Below, piece by piece: positions 46,341 through 59,487 of a stretch of DNA of 64,000 bases. Source of the stretch: Octopus sinensis. Its lineage: Eukaryota. Both the position numbers and the translations under genes were made by a program. A model generated the notes under the pieces. That model saw only the letters and a program-made list of their open reading frames with translations. It was not told the DNA's origin and ran no database searches. The stretch lies in the NCBI RefSeq assembly GCF_006345805.1, contig NC_043007.1, positions 70,370,001 through 70,434,000 on the forward strand, read 5' to 3'. Position 1 is the first letter of the stretch. Each line of letters begins with the position of its first letter.

Positions 46341-47509
46341 TTTAGTGAAGTTACGTCGTAAAACCTGAATTTATTTTTCTGTTCATGGGAATGTTTCTCT
46401 CAGGGTAAAAACAAAGTTTATTTTCGCCACAATGTTTGCTTGGGTTGGGTTATATTCGAATTTTATTACAAAGTTTATTTTCAAAAGAAATATAAAAACA
46501 GGCTTAATACTAGTATAGGTGGGACCTGGAGAAAAGCCCACTAAGACAAAACCTCCTCAGCGCTTCTTCCCCGGACAGAACCCCCTTAGTTAAAGTGCGA
46601 AAGCGGACAAAGCTCACTTCTCGGTTATATTTTTTGGTTATTTTTCGTTTTTTTTTTATTCTCTAAAAATCTTTTAGTTGTTTCAGTCATTGGACTAAGG
46701 CCATGCTGGGGCATCGCATTGGGGAATTTTTAGTCGAATTTTTTTTACTTGTCTCAGTCATTTGACTTACGGCGATGCTGGGGCACCACATAGAAAAATT
46801 TTTAGTCGCAGAAAAATCAGCACTTTAAAATTTAAATTTAAAGTCTTTTATTTTCTTCTCTCTGCACTTAGAGATTAATGAGAATAAGCTGACTTTTTGA
46901 ACTTTCTCCAGTCGTTGAAGGTCTAACAGAATTATAGCACCGAAGGTTAGTCGTTCAGATGTACTTCTTATCGCTTTCCTTTTGTTAGAATTCAGATGAG
47001 TAGTAAAAGAGTCTTGTGTTCTGTTATTCAGTTCTATTTATTTATTTTCGGTTGAATATATTTTTGTTTACTTAAAAATTAAAATTTTGGAAAATGAAAG
47101 TTTTTTACAATCACGATTTCCGTTTTCGTTTACGTGAAATCATAGAAAAAAATTCAAGAGATTTGGCTGTTATTTCTAGCATGTGGAGAGACCATCTAGG
47201 CTTAACTTCATGTGCTGGTTGAAAATCAGCTAAAAAAAAATTGGTGGGTTGATACAGTCGACTAAAAATCTTTCAATGCGGCACCCTAGCATGGCCGCAG
47301 ACTAATGATTCAACAAGTACAAAGGAAAAAAAAAATGCGAAATGTATCACAGAGGTGGGTTTGACCTGGCTTAAAAAAAAATCTGGGTTCCATACAGTTA
47401 TCTAAAAATTCTTCAAAGTGGTACCCCAGTATGGCCGTGGTCTAATAACTGCAACAAGTAAAAAGGAAATAAAAAATTCTGGCATCGATATATTCGACTA
47501 AAAATTCTT

Positions 47510-47860
47510 CGGATCTTTACGTTTTGACCAGCAGATTTAGAAAATAAATTTTTGTAACTAAACACTTTCAAACTTCGGACACTGGTAGAATGTGTCATAT
47601 AAAACATCTTTTACTCTTAGCGTTTTTGAGAAAAGTTTGTATTTACGCAGTTATTTCGTGTTAAAGTTGTCGTATTTTGGTAATTCCAACCAATCAATGA
47701 CGTGTATTCAGTTGGATAAAATTACTGCTGTTGTTTGTCAACAACAACTATCGGCGGTGTATATTTCGTTTATCACTGTTATTTATGACATCGTTCGTGC
47801 GTTTGTACTGGTTTTAGCTTTAAGGGTTAGGGTTTTAGGATTAAGGTCAAGGTTTTAGGG
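47510..47860. mobile_element. One arm of the 43595-44255 MITE family ending in a TTAGGG-like tract
   Basis: CGGATCTTTACGTTTTGACC...TTATGACATCGTTCGTGCGTTTGTACTGG...GGGTTAGGG. Confidence 0.8.
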
Positions 47861-48240
47861 AAGAAATTGGAGGGGTAGGGGGGAAGTCTTTCCGAAAATA
47901 GTAGCTGAAAAACAGGAAAAAAAAAACTAAAAGCAGTAGAAATGCACAAACGATTATGGTGCCAATTTGGACAGAATTATTATTTTTATAAGAATGGGAT
48001 GGATCATATCTGAAAACAGCTTCAGGAGTTGTGAAGAACAAATTTGTACGTAGTCTGTTTGTGAGAGCTATTCTATTGGACCTCTGTCTAATCATTAAAA
48101 CATTGATTTAATGATCCAGCATTAAGTGCTGCAACATACATTTGCTGATGTTGAGAAAATCTCATCTAGCTTCTCTCTTCATGTATCCATGACAAACAGA
48201 CAGACAGATGGAACGGATTTTATACATCAAGATATATATA

Positions 48241-48462
48241 TGGCAGCGAGCTGGCAGAAACGTTAGCACGCCGGGTGAAACGCTTAGCTGTATTTCGTCT
48301 GCCGCTACGTTCTGAGTTCAAATTCTGCCATGGTCCACTTTGCCTTTCATCCTTTCGGGATCGAGAAATTAAGTACCAGTTACGCACTGGGGTCGATGTA
48401 ATCGACTTAATCCCTTTGTTTGTCTCCTCTGTGTTTAGCCCCTTGTGGGCAATAAAGAAATA

Positions 48463-48465
<3 letters not shown>
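48241..48465 (+). mobile_element. Full-length SINE family B
   Basis: GGCAGCGAGCTGGCAGAAACGTTAGCACGCCGGG...GTTCAAATTC...AATAAAGAAATAAG. Confidence 0.9.
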
Positions 48466-48501
<36 letters not shown>

Positions 48502-48506
<5 letters not shown>

Positions 48507-49915
48507 CATCATCACCATCATTATCATTGTTTAATGTCCGTTTTTCATGCTGGCATGGGTTGGACAGTTTGACTGAGGTCTGGAGAGCCAGTGGCTGCAC
48601 GAGGCTCCAATCTGATCTGGTGATGTTTCTATAGCTGGATGCTCTTCCTAACGCCAATCACTCCGAGAGTGTAGAGGGTGCTTTATATGCCACCAGCACA
48701 GGAGTCAGTCAGGCAGACCTGGCATCAATCACGTTCAGATTGTGCTTTTTACATGCCACCAGTATGGGAGCCAGTCAGGCGGACCTGGCATCGACCACGT
48801 TCGGATAGTGCTTTTTACATACCACCAGCACGGGAGCCAGTCAGGGAACACTGGCATCGACCATGTTTGGATGATGCATTTTACATGCCACTAGAATGGG
48901 AGCCAGTCAAGGGACACTAGCCACAGCTACAATTTTTGTTTTACTTGACTCATCAGGTCTTCTCAAGCATATTATATCGCCTGACGCATCAAGAGTACTC
49001 TTAAATGGGTTGGACACTGGCTTCAGCTACGGCTGTGATCTCACTTTAGTTGCTGGGTCTTCTCAATCATAGCATATCTCCAAAGGTCTTGGTCTCCTGT
49101 CATTGCCTCTGTGAGGCCCAATGTTCCAAGGTCATTCTTCACCACCTCATCCCATGTCTTCTTGGGTCTACCTCTTCTACATGTTCCTTCCACAGTTAGG
49201 GAGTGGCACTTCCTCGCACAGCTGTCTTCATCCATACATAGCACATGACCATACCAGCGCAGTCGTCTCTCTTGCACACCACATTTGATGATTCTTATGT
49301 CCAACTTTTCTCTCAAGGCGTTTACACTCATTCTACTAGCTTCGTTTCTTTCAAGCCTACGCATGTCCTCAGCAGTCATGGTCCATGTTTCACTGCTGTA
49401 TAGCATGGCAGTTCGCACACATGCATCATACAATCTATCTTTCATCCTGAGCGAGAGGACCTTAGTTGCCAGCAGAGGTAGGAGCTCCCTGAACTTTGCC
49501 CAGGGTATTCTTATTCTAGCCACTACACTATCAGAGCAATCACCCCAACTACAGACTTGGTCGCCTACATAGCGGAAACTATTAACTACTTCTAGTTTTT
49601 CCCCCTGGCATGTGATGGAATCTGTTTTCTGTACATCTTCAGTGTTTATTGACCCTGTGCATCTGCCACACACAAAAACTATCTTTCCAGTTAACCTCCT
49701 TTTGATATTGCTGCACCTTTTATCTGTCCATAGCTTTCACTGGATACATTGTATGGAGTTTCTACCTACACCTTTTCTACAGATCGAGCAGGGCTATCTA
49801 CGTGAAGGCATTTGTGAATTGTCAGCCTTCCTACTTACTAAGACTTTGGTTTTTGCTAGGTTAACCCAAAGGCCCTTTGATTCTAGACCTTGCTTCCACA
49901 CCTTAAACTTCGTCT
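48502..49915 (-). mobile_element. 5'-truncated RTE LINE (ORF2 C-terminal region with PHD-like Cys cluster, 3' UTR repeats)
   Basis: GLWVNLAKTKVL, CSICRKGVGRNSIQC...VCGRC, FRYVGD, RRLRWYGHV, GRPKKTWDEVV. Confidence 0.9.
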
Positions 49916-50169
49916 GATATATGTTGTAAGTATGAATGTATCTATATATGTATATGTATGCATGTGTGTGTATGCATGTATGTGTGTGCGTACGTATCTA
50001 TATCTATATGTTTATACAGACATGCATGCATATACATATGTACATACTTACATACATGTATATATACATTCAGCCTCTCATGGACTTAGGACCAAAACAA
50101 TATATCACACTTCACAGGCTATCTAAGGACAGGAAATTGCTACAAAATACCTTATAAAAAAAACAAAGC

Positions 50170-50450
50170 CCCTAAAACTGGCACTCTGTTGGTTGCAATG
50201 ACAAGAGTTCCAATTGATCTGATCAATGGAACAGCCTGCTCATGAAATTAACTTGCAAGTGGTTGAGCACTCCACAGACACACATACCCTAAACATAGTT
50301 CTCAGAGATATTCAGAGGGACACAGAATGTGACATCTCATTTTTGTAAGCTGAGTGGATTGGAGCAATGTGTGATATAAAGCATCTTGCTGAAGGACAAT
50401 GTGCCACCTGGTGTTGAACTCACAACCTTACAATTGTGAGCCGTGAACAA
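50170..50450 (-). mobile_element. tRNA-headed SINE (third family)
   Basis: Minus-strand head GGTTGTGAGTTCAACACC...GTCCTTCAGCAAGATGCTTTAT; body GGAACAGCCTGCTCATGAAATTAAC on +. Confidence 0.6.
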
Positions 50451-50524
50451 AAGAGACAGTGAAAGCATTGGAGCATCCAAGATGCAATTATAAATGTTGC
50501 ATTCAAGATGCAACTATATATTCC

Positions 50525-50741
50525 CTCTCTCTCTTCCTCTTTTACTGGTTTCAGTTATTTGACTGCGGCCATGCTGGAGCACCGCCTTTAGTAGAGCAAA
50601 TCGACCCCGGGACTTATTCTTTGTAAGCCCAGTACTTATTCTATCGGTCTCTTTTGCAGAACTGCTAAGTGACGGGGACGTAAACACACCAGCATCGGTT
50701 GTCAAGCAATGCTACGGGGACAAACACAGACATACAAACAT

Positions 50742-50806
<65 letters not shown>

Positions 50807-50975
50807 TACGACAGGCTTCTTTCAGTTTCTGTCTACCAAATCCACTCACAAGGCATTGGTCGGCCCGAGGCTATAGCAGAAGACACTTGCCCAAGATGTC
50901 ACGCAGTGGGACTGAACCCGGAACCATGTGGTTGGTAAGCAAGCTACTTACCACACAGCCACTCCTGCACCTATA
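50525..50975 (-). mobile_element. SINE family A
   Basis: Reverse complement of the family A consensus with central (TA)n. Confidence 0.9.
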
Positions 50976-51059
50976 TGTAGCATTTTTGTGCAAAACATCA
51001 CGCATGTGATTAGCAGCAGCCCAAAAGTGTCATCAAAGTATTACATCTCTATCTGACAT

Positions 51060-51680
51060 GACATTGTTACCAAAACAATATCCAAAGCCAATCAAAAAAA
51101 GATTGCCCTGGTATAAATATAGAGACATTCATCCCCGTTATCGAATACATACATAAGCATCAACAAGTAATACTGGTCAAACATTCCCATCAAAACTTCT
51201 ACAAAATGCAAATATAACAGGCTGGATATTGTTATTTGAACAAACGAGAAAAAAGTATATAATATCATAAAGGTCAGTTGTCCTACTGATGTGAATAACT
51301 TTTCAAAAATTAAAGAGAAATAGGACAACTATGGACAGGTGATTTGAAACCTTCAGCTTCGACACACAAGTTATAAATTCATTTTTATACCCATAATAGT
51401 CGGTAGACTTGCTTTAGTGAGTAAATGCCTAAGTGACAATGTGGATAAGCTAGGGTTTTCAGAAAATGAAATCAACCAGCTAACACACACATTGCAAATA
51501 CACTCTGTGATGGGAACAGTAAAAATATGTTTAAAATGTGACATTGTTTTTGTTATCTACATTCCAATGATGGAACTCGATACTTTGTTAGAGATCCACT
51601 CTTTCCTTACAGGAAGACTTTAAATAATGTTGTTTTTATGTTTCCGTTTCTCATTGTGTTCAAGGTTTTTTTTTTGATGT
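51060..51680 (+). mobile_element. Remnant of a restriction-like-endonuclease (R2/Hero/NeSL-type) non-LTR element 3' end
   Basis: YWSNIPIKTSTKCKYNRLDIVI (NRPD-like), SCPTDVN, FIPIIVG, LQIHSVMGTVKI, spread over shifted frames. Confidence 0.55.
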
Positions 51681-51768
51681 GCTGTACCTATATATACATG
51701 TATATATACATATATATGTAGGTATGTACATATATGTATGTATATATTTATATATTATTTATATTATC

Positions 51769-51804
<36 letters not shown>

Positions 51805-51959
51805 ATATGCATTCATACATACATACATACACGAACATATATGCACTCAGACGTACATGCATCTATGAGTGTGAATTGCTCAGACACATAGATACATATA
51901 AATACATATGCATTAGGTGTTAGGATAGGTTTTTTTATAGTGACTAAGTGTATTTTTAG

Positions 51960-52870
51960 GAGGAAGAAGGTGGTTATCACAATTAGTAATATGAGAAATT
52001 TACAGGTTTATTATGTCTTACATTTAATGATTTCATATTTACAGGAAGTGATCAGTAATTAGTTCAGAAGTTTAATTTTAGAGAATAAAATTTGAAAGGT
52101 TTAGCAGTAAAAAGCAGGTTAAGTTTACTGACTGCTTGGTATGGTTGTGTGGAAGGCGGTGAGCTGGCTGAAACATTAGCACGCCGGGTGAAATGCTTAG
52201 CAGTATTTCGTCTGCCGCTACATTCTGAGTTCAAATTCTGCCGAGATCGATTTTGCCTTTCATTCTTTCGGGGTCAATTAAATAAGTACCAGTTACACAC
52301 TGGGGTCGATATAATCAACTTAATCCGTTTGTCTGTCCTTGTTTGTTCTCTCTGTGTTTGACTCCTTGTGGGTAGTAAAGAAATAGGTATAGTTGTGTGG
52401 AAGTCAGTAGTTTCCAATTCATGCTACAAGGGGTGTTTTGGATTTTAATGAGCATATATCTTTTAGAGTGAGGTCTCATTTCTCTTTCTGTTAGGTTACA
52501 AAATGTAAGCATGCGGCATCTTGTTTTGAAATTTTGAGGAGTTAAATATACATATATATATGAGATTAAATTTAATGTTGTGATACTGGTGGTTACCAAT
52601 GCACTATATATTATGTTACTAATAAGGCAGTTTCTGTTTAGAAGACAAGGTGAGGGATTGTTACAGTTGCAGCAGATTGGAATATGGATGTTTGGATTTC
52701 CTATTTAGACAATGGTAGATAGTTTTTCAAAGTTGTTAGCTGTAGAAGATTTTTTAACATTGTGTTTATCAACATGTGGTACTTATCATTAGGGTGGAAG
52801 TGCTTTTAAAGGAGTTAAAATAGGTTGGTTACTAGTTTTGAGATTTGTAGGTTGATGGATGAACTGAAGC
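51960..52870 (-). mobile_element. Decayed Penelope-like GIY-YIG/C-terminal remnant, interrupted by a SINE
   Basis: CNCNNPSPCLLNRNCLISNIIYSALV...YIYV...NFKTRC...MNWKLL. Confidence 0.55.
52165..52388 (+). mobile_element. Full-length SINE family B
   Basis: GGCGGTGAGCTGGCTGAAACATTAGCACGCCGGG...GGTAGTAAAGAAATAGG. Confidence 0.88.
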
Positions 52871-52897
52871 AGAAAATTTTTTTCTTTTTCTTATTGA

Positions 52898-53059
52898 GTG
52901 GCTGTGTGGTAAGTAGCTTGCTAACCAACCACATGGTTCCGGGTTCAGTCCCACTGCGTGGCATCTTGGGCAAGTGTCTTCTGCTATAGCCCCGGGCCGA
53001 CCAATGCCTTGTGAGTGGATTTAGTAGATGGAAACTGAAAGAAGCCTGTCGTATATATG

Positions 53060-53096
<37 letters not shown>

Positions 53097-53290
53097 GTGT
53101 TTGTCCCCGTAGCATTGCTTGACAACCAATGCTGGTGTGATTACGTCCCCCGTCACTTAGCGGTTCGGCAAAAAGAGACCGATAGAATAAGTACTGGTCT
53201 TACAAAGAATAAGTCCCAGGGTCGATTTGCTCTTCTAAAGGCGGTGCTCCAGCATGGCCGCAGTCAGATGACTGAAACAAGTAAAAGAAA
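52898..53290 (+). mobile_element. SINE family A
   Basis: GAGTGGCTGTGTGGTAAGTAGC...TGACTGAAACAAGTAAAAG plus poly-A. Confidence 0.9.
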
Positions 53291-54305
53291 AAAAAAAAAA
53301 AAAAAGATACGTGTTATTCCTGATAGGTAATGCAGAATGTGTTTTTATGTTGGATATGAAGGTGTCTATAATTTTCTTATCAATGTTACATGGAAGATTG
53401 TATATGATGACAAAGTAGAGCACTTTCAAACTGAATTCAGGAGACTTCATGAAGAGAGATGTTGTCATCAACCCCCTGTGGCTGTTGTTCAGGGTCACTT
53501 TCAGTTCCCTCAGTGCCACAGCTTTCTGTTTATGATCTCATCAACCTAATATTGGTTGTTTACACACACACACACACATGTTAATTTGTCTTACTAAATA
53601 TTCTTCAAGGTGATGCCCCAGCATGGCCAGAATCTCACAACAGAAACAAAGTATAAAGATTATTCTTAAACAAGGTTATTGACACATTTAGTGTGCAAGT
53701 TTCTACACAATACCTCTCCATAACAATCCACCCTAAAAATCCCTAATTACCACTCCACTCAAACCCACACACACAAAAAAGTTCACATACCCATTTACTA
53801 AGAGCTTAAATACTGGACTTTGAACATATGGTCTTTACATTGTCAAAGCAAAGGATTAAATTCAATAAAACAAAATCAACAAAAACTACTGACACATCCT
53901 GAGCTTATCTAACAAAAAGGACATGCCTACACACTTGACTACAAAGTTCTACATACATGAATAAGTTATAAACAATAATATAATCCCAAATTTAGTCAAT
54001 AATAATTTCTCCAAAAAAATTTCCCCATAACAATCCACACTAAAAAACCCAAATTACAACACCACTCAAACCCACACAGCCGAGAAAGATTTTAACAAGA
54101 CAGAGACCATATACAGCCAAGATAAACTTCAATGCGTCGCAGTCCAATGATGATTCAACTGAATTTTGAAGTCACTGTCAAACCATATTCTTGTTTAAAA
54201 ATAATAAATTTGTACTCTATAAATGTATTGAGTAATCCATCTAATTAATGTAAAATTGTTTATATTATAATTCAACATAAAAAAAAATATTAACAATATA
54301 TATAT

Positions 54306-54690
54306 AGGCGCAGGAGTGGCTGTGTGGTAAGTAGCTTGTTTACCAACCACATGGTCCCGGGTTCAGTCCCACTGCGTGGCATCTTGGGCAAGTGTCTTCT
54401 GCTATAGCCCCGGGCCGACCAATGCCTTGTGAGTGGATTTGGTAGACGGAAACTGAAAGAAGCCTGTCGTATATATGTATATATATATATATGTGTGTGT
54501 GTTTGTCCCCCTAGCATTGCTTGACAACCGATGCTGGTGTGTTTACGTCCCCGTCACTTAGCGGTTCTGCAAAAGAGACCGATAGAATAAGTACTGGGCT
54601 TACAAAGAATAAGTGCCGAGGTCGATTTGCTTGACTAAAGGCGGTGCTCCAGCATGGCCACAGTCAAATGACTGAAACAAGTAAAAGAGT
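54306..54690 (+). mobile_element. SINE family A (young, near-consensus)
   Basis: GGCGCAGGAGTGGCTGTGTGG...TGACTGAAACAAGTAAAAGAGTA. Confidence 0.92.
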
Positions 54691-55208
54691 ATGCACATAG
54701 AGTCATCTAAGAATCCCATAAGTCCCCCAAAAATATACACTCATATATTTGTCAGTAGAGCAGGTATATTAAATAAAGTGAACAATATTACATATCTATT
54801 ACAGCTGATCTTACAAATCAGTTTGGTGTTAGGGGTTCAACAGTGTTAGGTAACAACCTGCTTATATAACACTGTGCCATAGGCCATTCTATAACCGCCT
54901 GAAGAGCACAGGATTACATAATCAGGCTGTTACCCTAAAATGCCGTTGGACCCCTAGCATGAAACTGATTGATAAGATTGGGTTTAATAACTATATAATA
55001 CTGTACCTTTTGATTAATATAATATAACATAATACGATATAATATGATATATATATAGATATATATATATATTGTGTGTGTGTGTGTGTATGTATATATA
55101 TATATGTGTGTGTGTGTGTATGTATATATACATGTGTGTGTGTATATGTATATATATATGTATATATACGTATATATATATGTATATACATATATGTATA
55201 TATATATA

Positions 55209-55720
55209 TCATCATCATCATCATCATCATGATTTAACGTCCGCTTTCCATGCTAGCATGGGTTGGACGGTTCAACTGGGGTCTGGGGAGCCCGAAAGCT
55301 GCACCAGTCCAGTCAGATCTGGCAGTGTTTCTACAGCTGGATGCCCTTCCTAACGCCAACCACTCCGAGAGTGTAGTGGGTGATTTTATGTGCCACCGAC
55401 ACAGGTGCCAGACGAGGCTGGCAAACGGCCACGCTCGGATGGTGTTTTTTATGTGCCACCGACACAGGTGCCAGACGAGGCTGGCAGACGGCCACGCTCG
55501 GATGGTGTTTTTATGTGCCACCGACACAGGTGCCAGATGAGGCTGGCAAACGGCCACGATCGGATGGTGCTTGTTACGTGCCCACAGCACGGAGGCCAGT
55601 CGATGCGGTACTGGCTACGGCCACGTTCGGATGGTTTTCTTGTGTGCCGTGTGCCACGTGCCACCGGCACTGGTACCACAAAGATACAAATTCCATTGAT
55701 GTTCATCTATTTTGATTTGT
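55209..55720 (-). mobile_element. RTE 3' UTR-only insertion with 58-59-bp tandem units
   Basis: CATCATCAT tail and GTGCCACCGACACAGGTGCCAGACGAGGCTGGCA repeats. Confidence 0.85.
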
Positions 55721-55724
55721 TTTG

Positions 55725-55762
<38 letters not shown>

Positions 55763-55763
55763 G

Positions 55764-55814
<51 letters not shown>

Positions 55815-55883
55815 ATATATATGTATGTATATACACACACACACACGTATACATATAGTCAACAGATAAGATTCAGATATTAA

Positions 55884-56112
55884 ATAATAATAATAATAAT
55901 AATTGTGTACAGTGCTCAGGTGCACTACAACTCATCTAAAGTGTATATATAATCAGGTGTAGTTTTGGCGGATTTCGGAAAGCATGTGGGCCTTAAAGGA
56001 TGCAGTGTCATGGCAGTCAACAACTGACGCAGGCAGTTTATTCCATGCTTCAGCAACTCTGAGCGTGAAAAAATGTTTCCAAAAGTCATGGGAGCTGTGT
56101 TGTTTTCTGACA
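55884..56112 (-). mobile_element. CR1 LINE extreme 3' end with (TTA)n tail
   Basis: KHFFTLRVAEAWNKLPASVV...FKAHM, followed on the minus strand by (TTA)n. Confidence 0.85.
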
Positions 56113-56344
56113 AAATATGTATATATGTAGTACAAGAATCTATATATATGTGTGTATATGTATGTGCAGGTAAGCTTGTGTGTGTGGTTAATTTTTGGAG
56201 GCTTGTTTGGTGAGAGTAAAGTGATAAAGAAGGAATCTCACATATATATATATAAAAGGTATGAATTTTCTATAAAAAAATTATTTATGATGAGTCCCTC
56301 ATAAAAACATTAAATAAATTGCCAAAAGACAGTATATTAGTTTA

Positions 56345-56715
56345 TAGGCACAGGTCTTGCTGTGTGGCAAAAAGTTTGCTTCCTAACTACATGGTTTCAG
56401 ATTCAGTTCCACTGTGTGGCACCTTGGCAAATGACTTCTACTGTAGCCTTGGGCCAACCAAAGTTTGGTGAGTGGATTTGGTAGACAAACTGTAAGAAGC
56501 CCATTGTGTGTGTGTGTGTGTGTTTGTCCCCCATCACTGCTTGACATTTGATGTTGGTGTGTTTATGTCTCTGTAACCTAGCAGTTCGGCAAAAGAGACT
56601 GATAGAATAAGTACTAGGCTTAAGAAATAAGTCCTGGGTCAGTTTGTTCAACTAATAAACCCTTCAAGGTGGTGCTCCAGCATGGCCACTCAAATGACAG
56701 AAATAAGTAAAAAGA
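56345..56715 (+). mobile_element. SINE family A, older copy
   Basis: Diverged family A head, CORE-like domain and tail. Confidence 0.8.
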
Positions 56716-56746
<31 letters not shown>

Positions 56747-58289
56747 CACACACACACATATATATATACACATATGCATATACAGGTATGTATACAGTTA
56801 TATGTATAAAAGAAGTCAAATGTTAATATCTTTCAGTGGAGCAACATTTGTGCTTACAGTGTAAAGGTTGACAGTGACCTCGAAGTTTTGCCTTAGTCAC
56901 CTTTGTTGGTCGAAAAGGAGGATCAGTTTCTTTGAAACTAAATATATATTACATGTATGTCTGTGGACATAATGGGCTTAAACAAAGAGACATTATGTTG
57001 CTTATTCATTTCTTTATTGTTGTGGCTAAAATTATTTTAAAAACTGAACGAAATAATACTGGGTTTTTTATAAGGGTCTTTTACTTGAATCATGCAGATG
57101 ATATTGCCAGCCTTTAGATATCAAATGCAAAAAGAAGATCTTGGCATGATTTAGTAACTAGAGACAGACTAAGGCACAGCAATTAAAACCTGTAATACAA
57201 GTAGTAGAATTTGTTTATCTAGGGCAAAAGCATATCAGTTTTTATCTATGTGGTAATTGTTGTTGTCAACAACTTCTGTATCATTGAAATTGTTGTCAAT
57301 TAAACAGAATTAAAATAACAATATAAATAATACAATACTTTGTAGCATTATTAGGACAGAATGCTGATCTTTTATGGCTAAGCATGTTGTATTGACTTTG
57401 TAAGCAACCACAATAGTGAAATGTATGTTGGAACAAATGATATGAACTTGTGTTTGTCATAATTTCTCATACATATACTTATATATATATAGAGATAGAT
57501 AAACCTACTTGGAAATGAATGCATGGCGTTCAATCACATAACAATATAAATAATATATATATATATGCATATATAATGGCGGTGCCCCAGCATGGCCACA
57601 GCTCATGAGCTGAAACTAGAATCAATCAATACATACATACTTACATATCTGTGAATATATATATATATGCATATATGGGTACAGGGCATCACAAAATGTA
57701 AACATGAAATACGAAGACAAACAACGAGAGAAGCAAATGGAAAACAAGACAAGTAACATAAAGAACGACCCCTCATCTGTTGTCGGCTGTTCATCTACTC
57801 CACATTTTGAGCAATTAACAACAATATGAGGCTTTGAAAAGCAGTTGCTCCCGCGAACCAAAATAAAATTTGGGATTTGCAGAGGGTCAAAGTTGGTAAC
57901 AAAAACAGGACAGTGGAGACATACAAGGAAACCGAACGAAAACAAAGAACAAAAACAGATGAGGTAAGGTAGCGAATGCTAGAGGAATGTTCTTTAACAA
58001 GAGAAAAGATAGGAGACAGATAAGAATGCATCTGGTCTGTGCAACAGACTGAAGGAAAAGAAAGATGATCACGTGAGGAAAAGAAAGATGAATGATGGTC
58101 ATGTGGGAACAACAAGAGAGTAAAGAAGAGGGAGAGGCAGACAGACAGACAGAAAATGGTGAAGGGGAGAAAAAAAGAATTAGAGAAGAGAGAGAGAACA
58201 GTACAAGGTAGAGTTGCATCAAAATTATTAAGATAAATTTACTTGGAAATGGATGTGTTGCATTCAATCATATAATAATATAAATAATA

Positions 58290-58830
58290 TTGGGTTGTCT
58301 GGAAAGTTTGTACCGATTTTTAAAAGAAAGAAAAAGGTCAATAAATACTTGCCATTACATTTTAAATTAACCAAATATGAACCATTTTGTTGCACAATGC
58401 GTCTCCGTCTTTCCTTTAACTTGAAAATACCCTTTTCCCAGAATTGAGGTGGTTTCATGGTAAAGAATTCATCAAGGTATCTTTTTATGTCATCCAAGTA
58501 ATTGAAATTTTTACTATTAAGACTATTCTGCAGAGACCTGAATAAGTGGAAATCCGATGGAGCAATATCCGGTGAATATGGAGGGTGGGGTAACACATCC
58601 CAGCCAAGCTACAGCAATTTTCCTCTAGTTCCCAAAGAAACGTGCGGTCTTGCATTATCATGTTGGAAAACAACACCCTTCCTGTTGGCCAATTCTGGGC
58701 GTCTCTCTTGAATTGCTGCTTTTAACTCGTCCAGTTGTGTGCAGTATTTCTCACAATTAATTGTCTGGTTACTTGGGAGAAGCTCATAATACAGAATTCC
58801 TTTCCAATCCCACCAAACACAAAGCAAGAC
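58290..58830 (-). mobile_element. Mariner (DD34D) transposon 3' half with one TIR
   Basis: [25 protein letters not shown]...SPDIAPSD (34 spacing, one in-frame stop), TA|TTGGGTTGTCTGGAAAGTTTG TIR. Confidence 0.92.
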
Positions 58831-59173
58831 TCCATGAACCAAAATAAAACTTGGGATTTGCAGAGGGTCAAAGTTGGTAACAAAAACAGGACAGTGGAGA
58901 TATAACAAACCAAACGGAAACAACCATGGAGGGCTGTTAGGCCAGACAAGGTAAGGTAGCGAACGCAGGAGTAATATTGTTTGACAATAGAAAAGATAGG
59001 AGACAGATAATTATATATATATATAATATAATATATATATATGTAAATATATATATATATATATATGTGTGTGTGTATATATATATATGTGTATATATAT
59101 ATATATATATGTGTGTATATATATATATATGTATGTGTGTATATATATATATATGTGTGTGTGTGTATATATA

Positions 59174-59207
<34 letters not shown>

Positions 59208-59217
59208 CATCTGTATA

Positions 59218-59487
59218 TATCACTGTGACCGACCAGGCTATCAGATGTTGCTACACATCGCTGGTAACAATGCACTTCGCATTGTTTTAGCCTTCAAATG
59301 ACGCCACCCCTCTGGCTAAACGAGCCGGCCAACAGAAGAGTGAGAGAAAGTTGTGGTGAAAGAGTACAGCAGGGATCACCACCATCCCTGCCAGGGAGCT
59401 TTAGATGTTTTCGCTCAATAAACACAACGCCCAGCCTGAAAATCGAAACCATGATCCTACGACTGGAAGTCCGCTACCCTAACCACT
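59218..59487 (-). mobile_element. tRNA-headed SINE with RTE-like 3' tail
   Basis: Minus-strand head AGTGGTTAGGGTAGCGGAC...GGTTTCGATT; tail GCCTGGTCGGTCACAGTGATA. Confidence 0.65.

Noticed and set aside
49626-49642. CTGAAGA-TGTACA-GAAAA on the minus strand
   Set aside because: Lies within RTE coding sequence (TEDVQK) with no stem III or stem I; a chance match.
53235-53549. Overlapping 70-aa (+) and 94-aa (-) ORFs as a host exon
   Set aside because: No recognisable motif or convincing paired splice sites, and it abuts a SINE tail; left unassigned.
55380-55620. CRISPR-like regularly spaced repeats (also 40.8, 42.3 and 48.7 kb)
   Set aside because: Contiguous tandem units without unique spacers, inside RTE 3' UTRs, in eukaryotic DNA with no cas genes.
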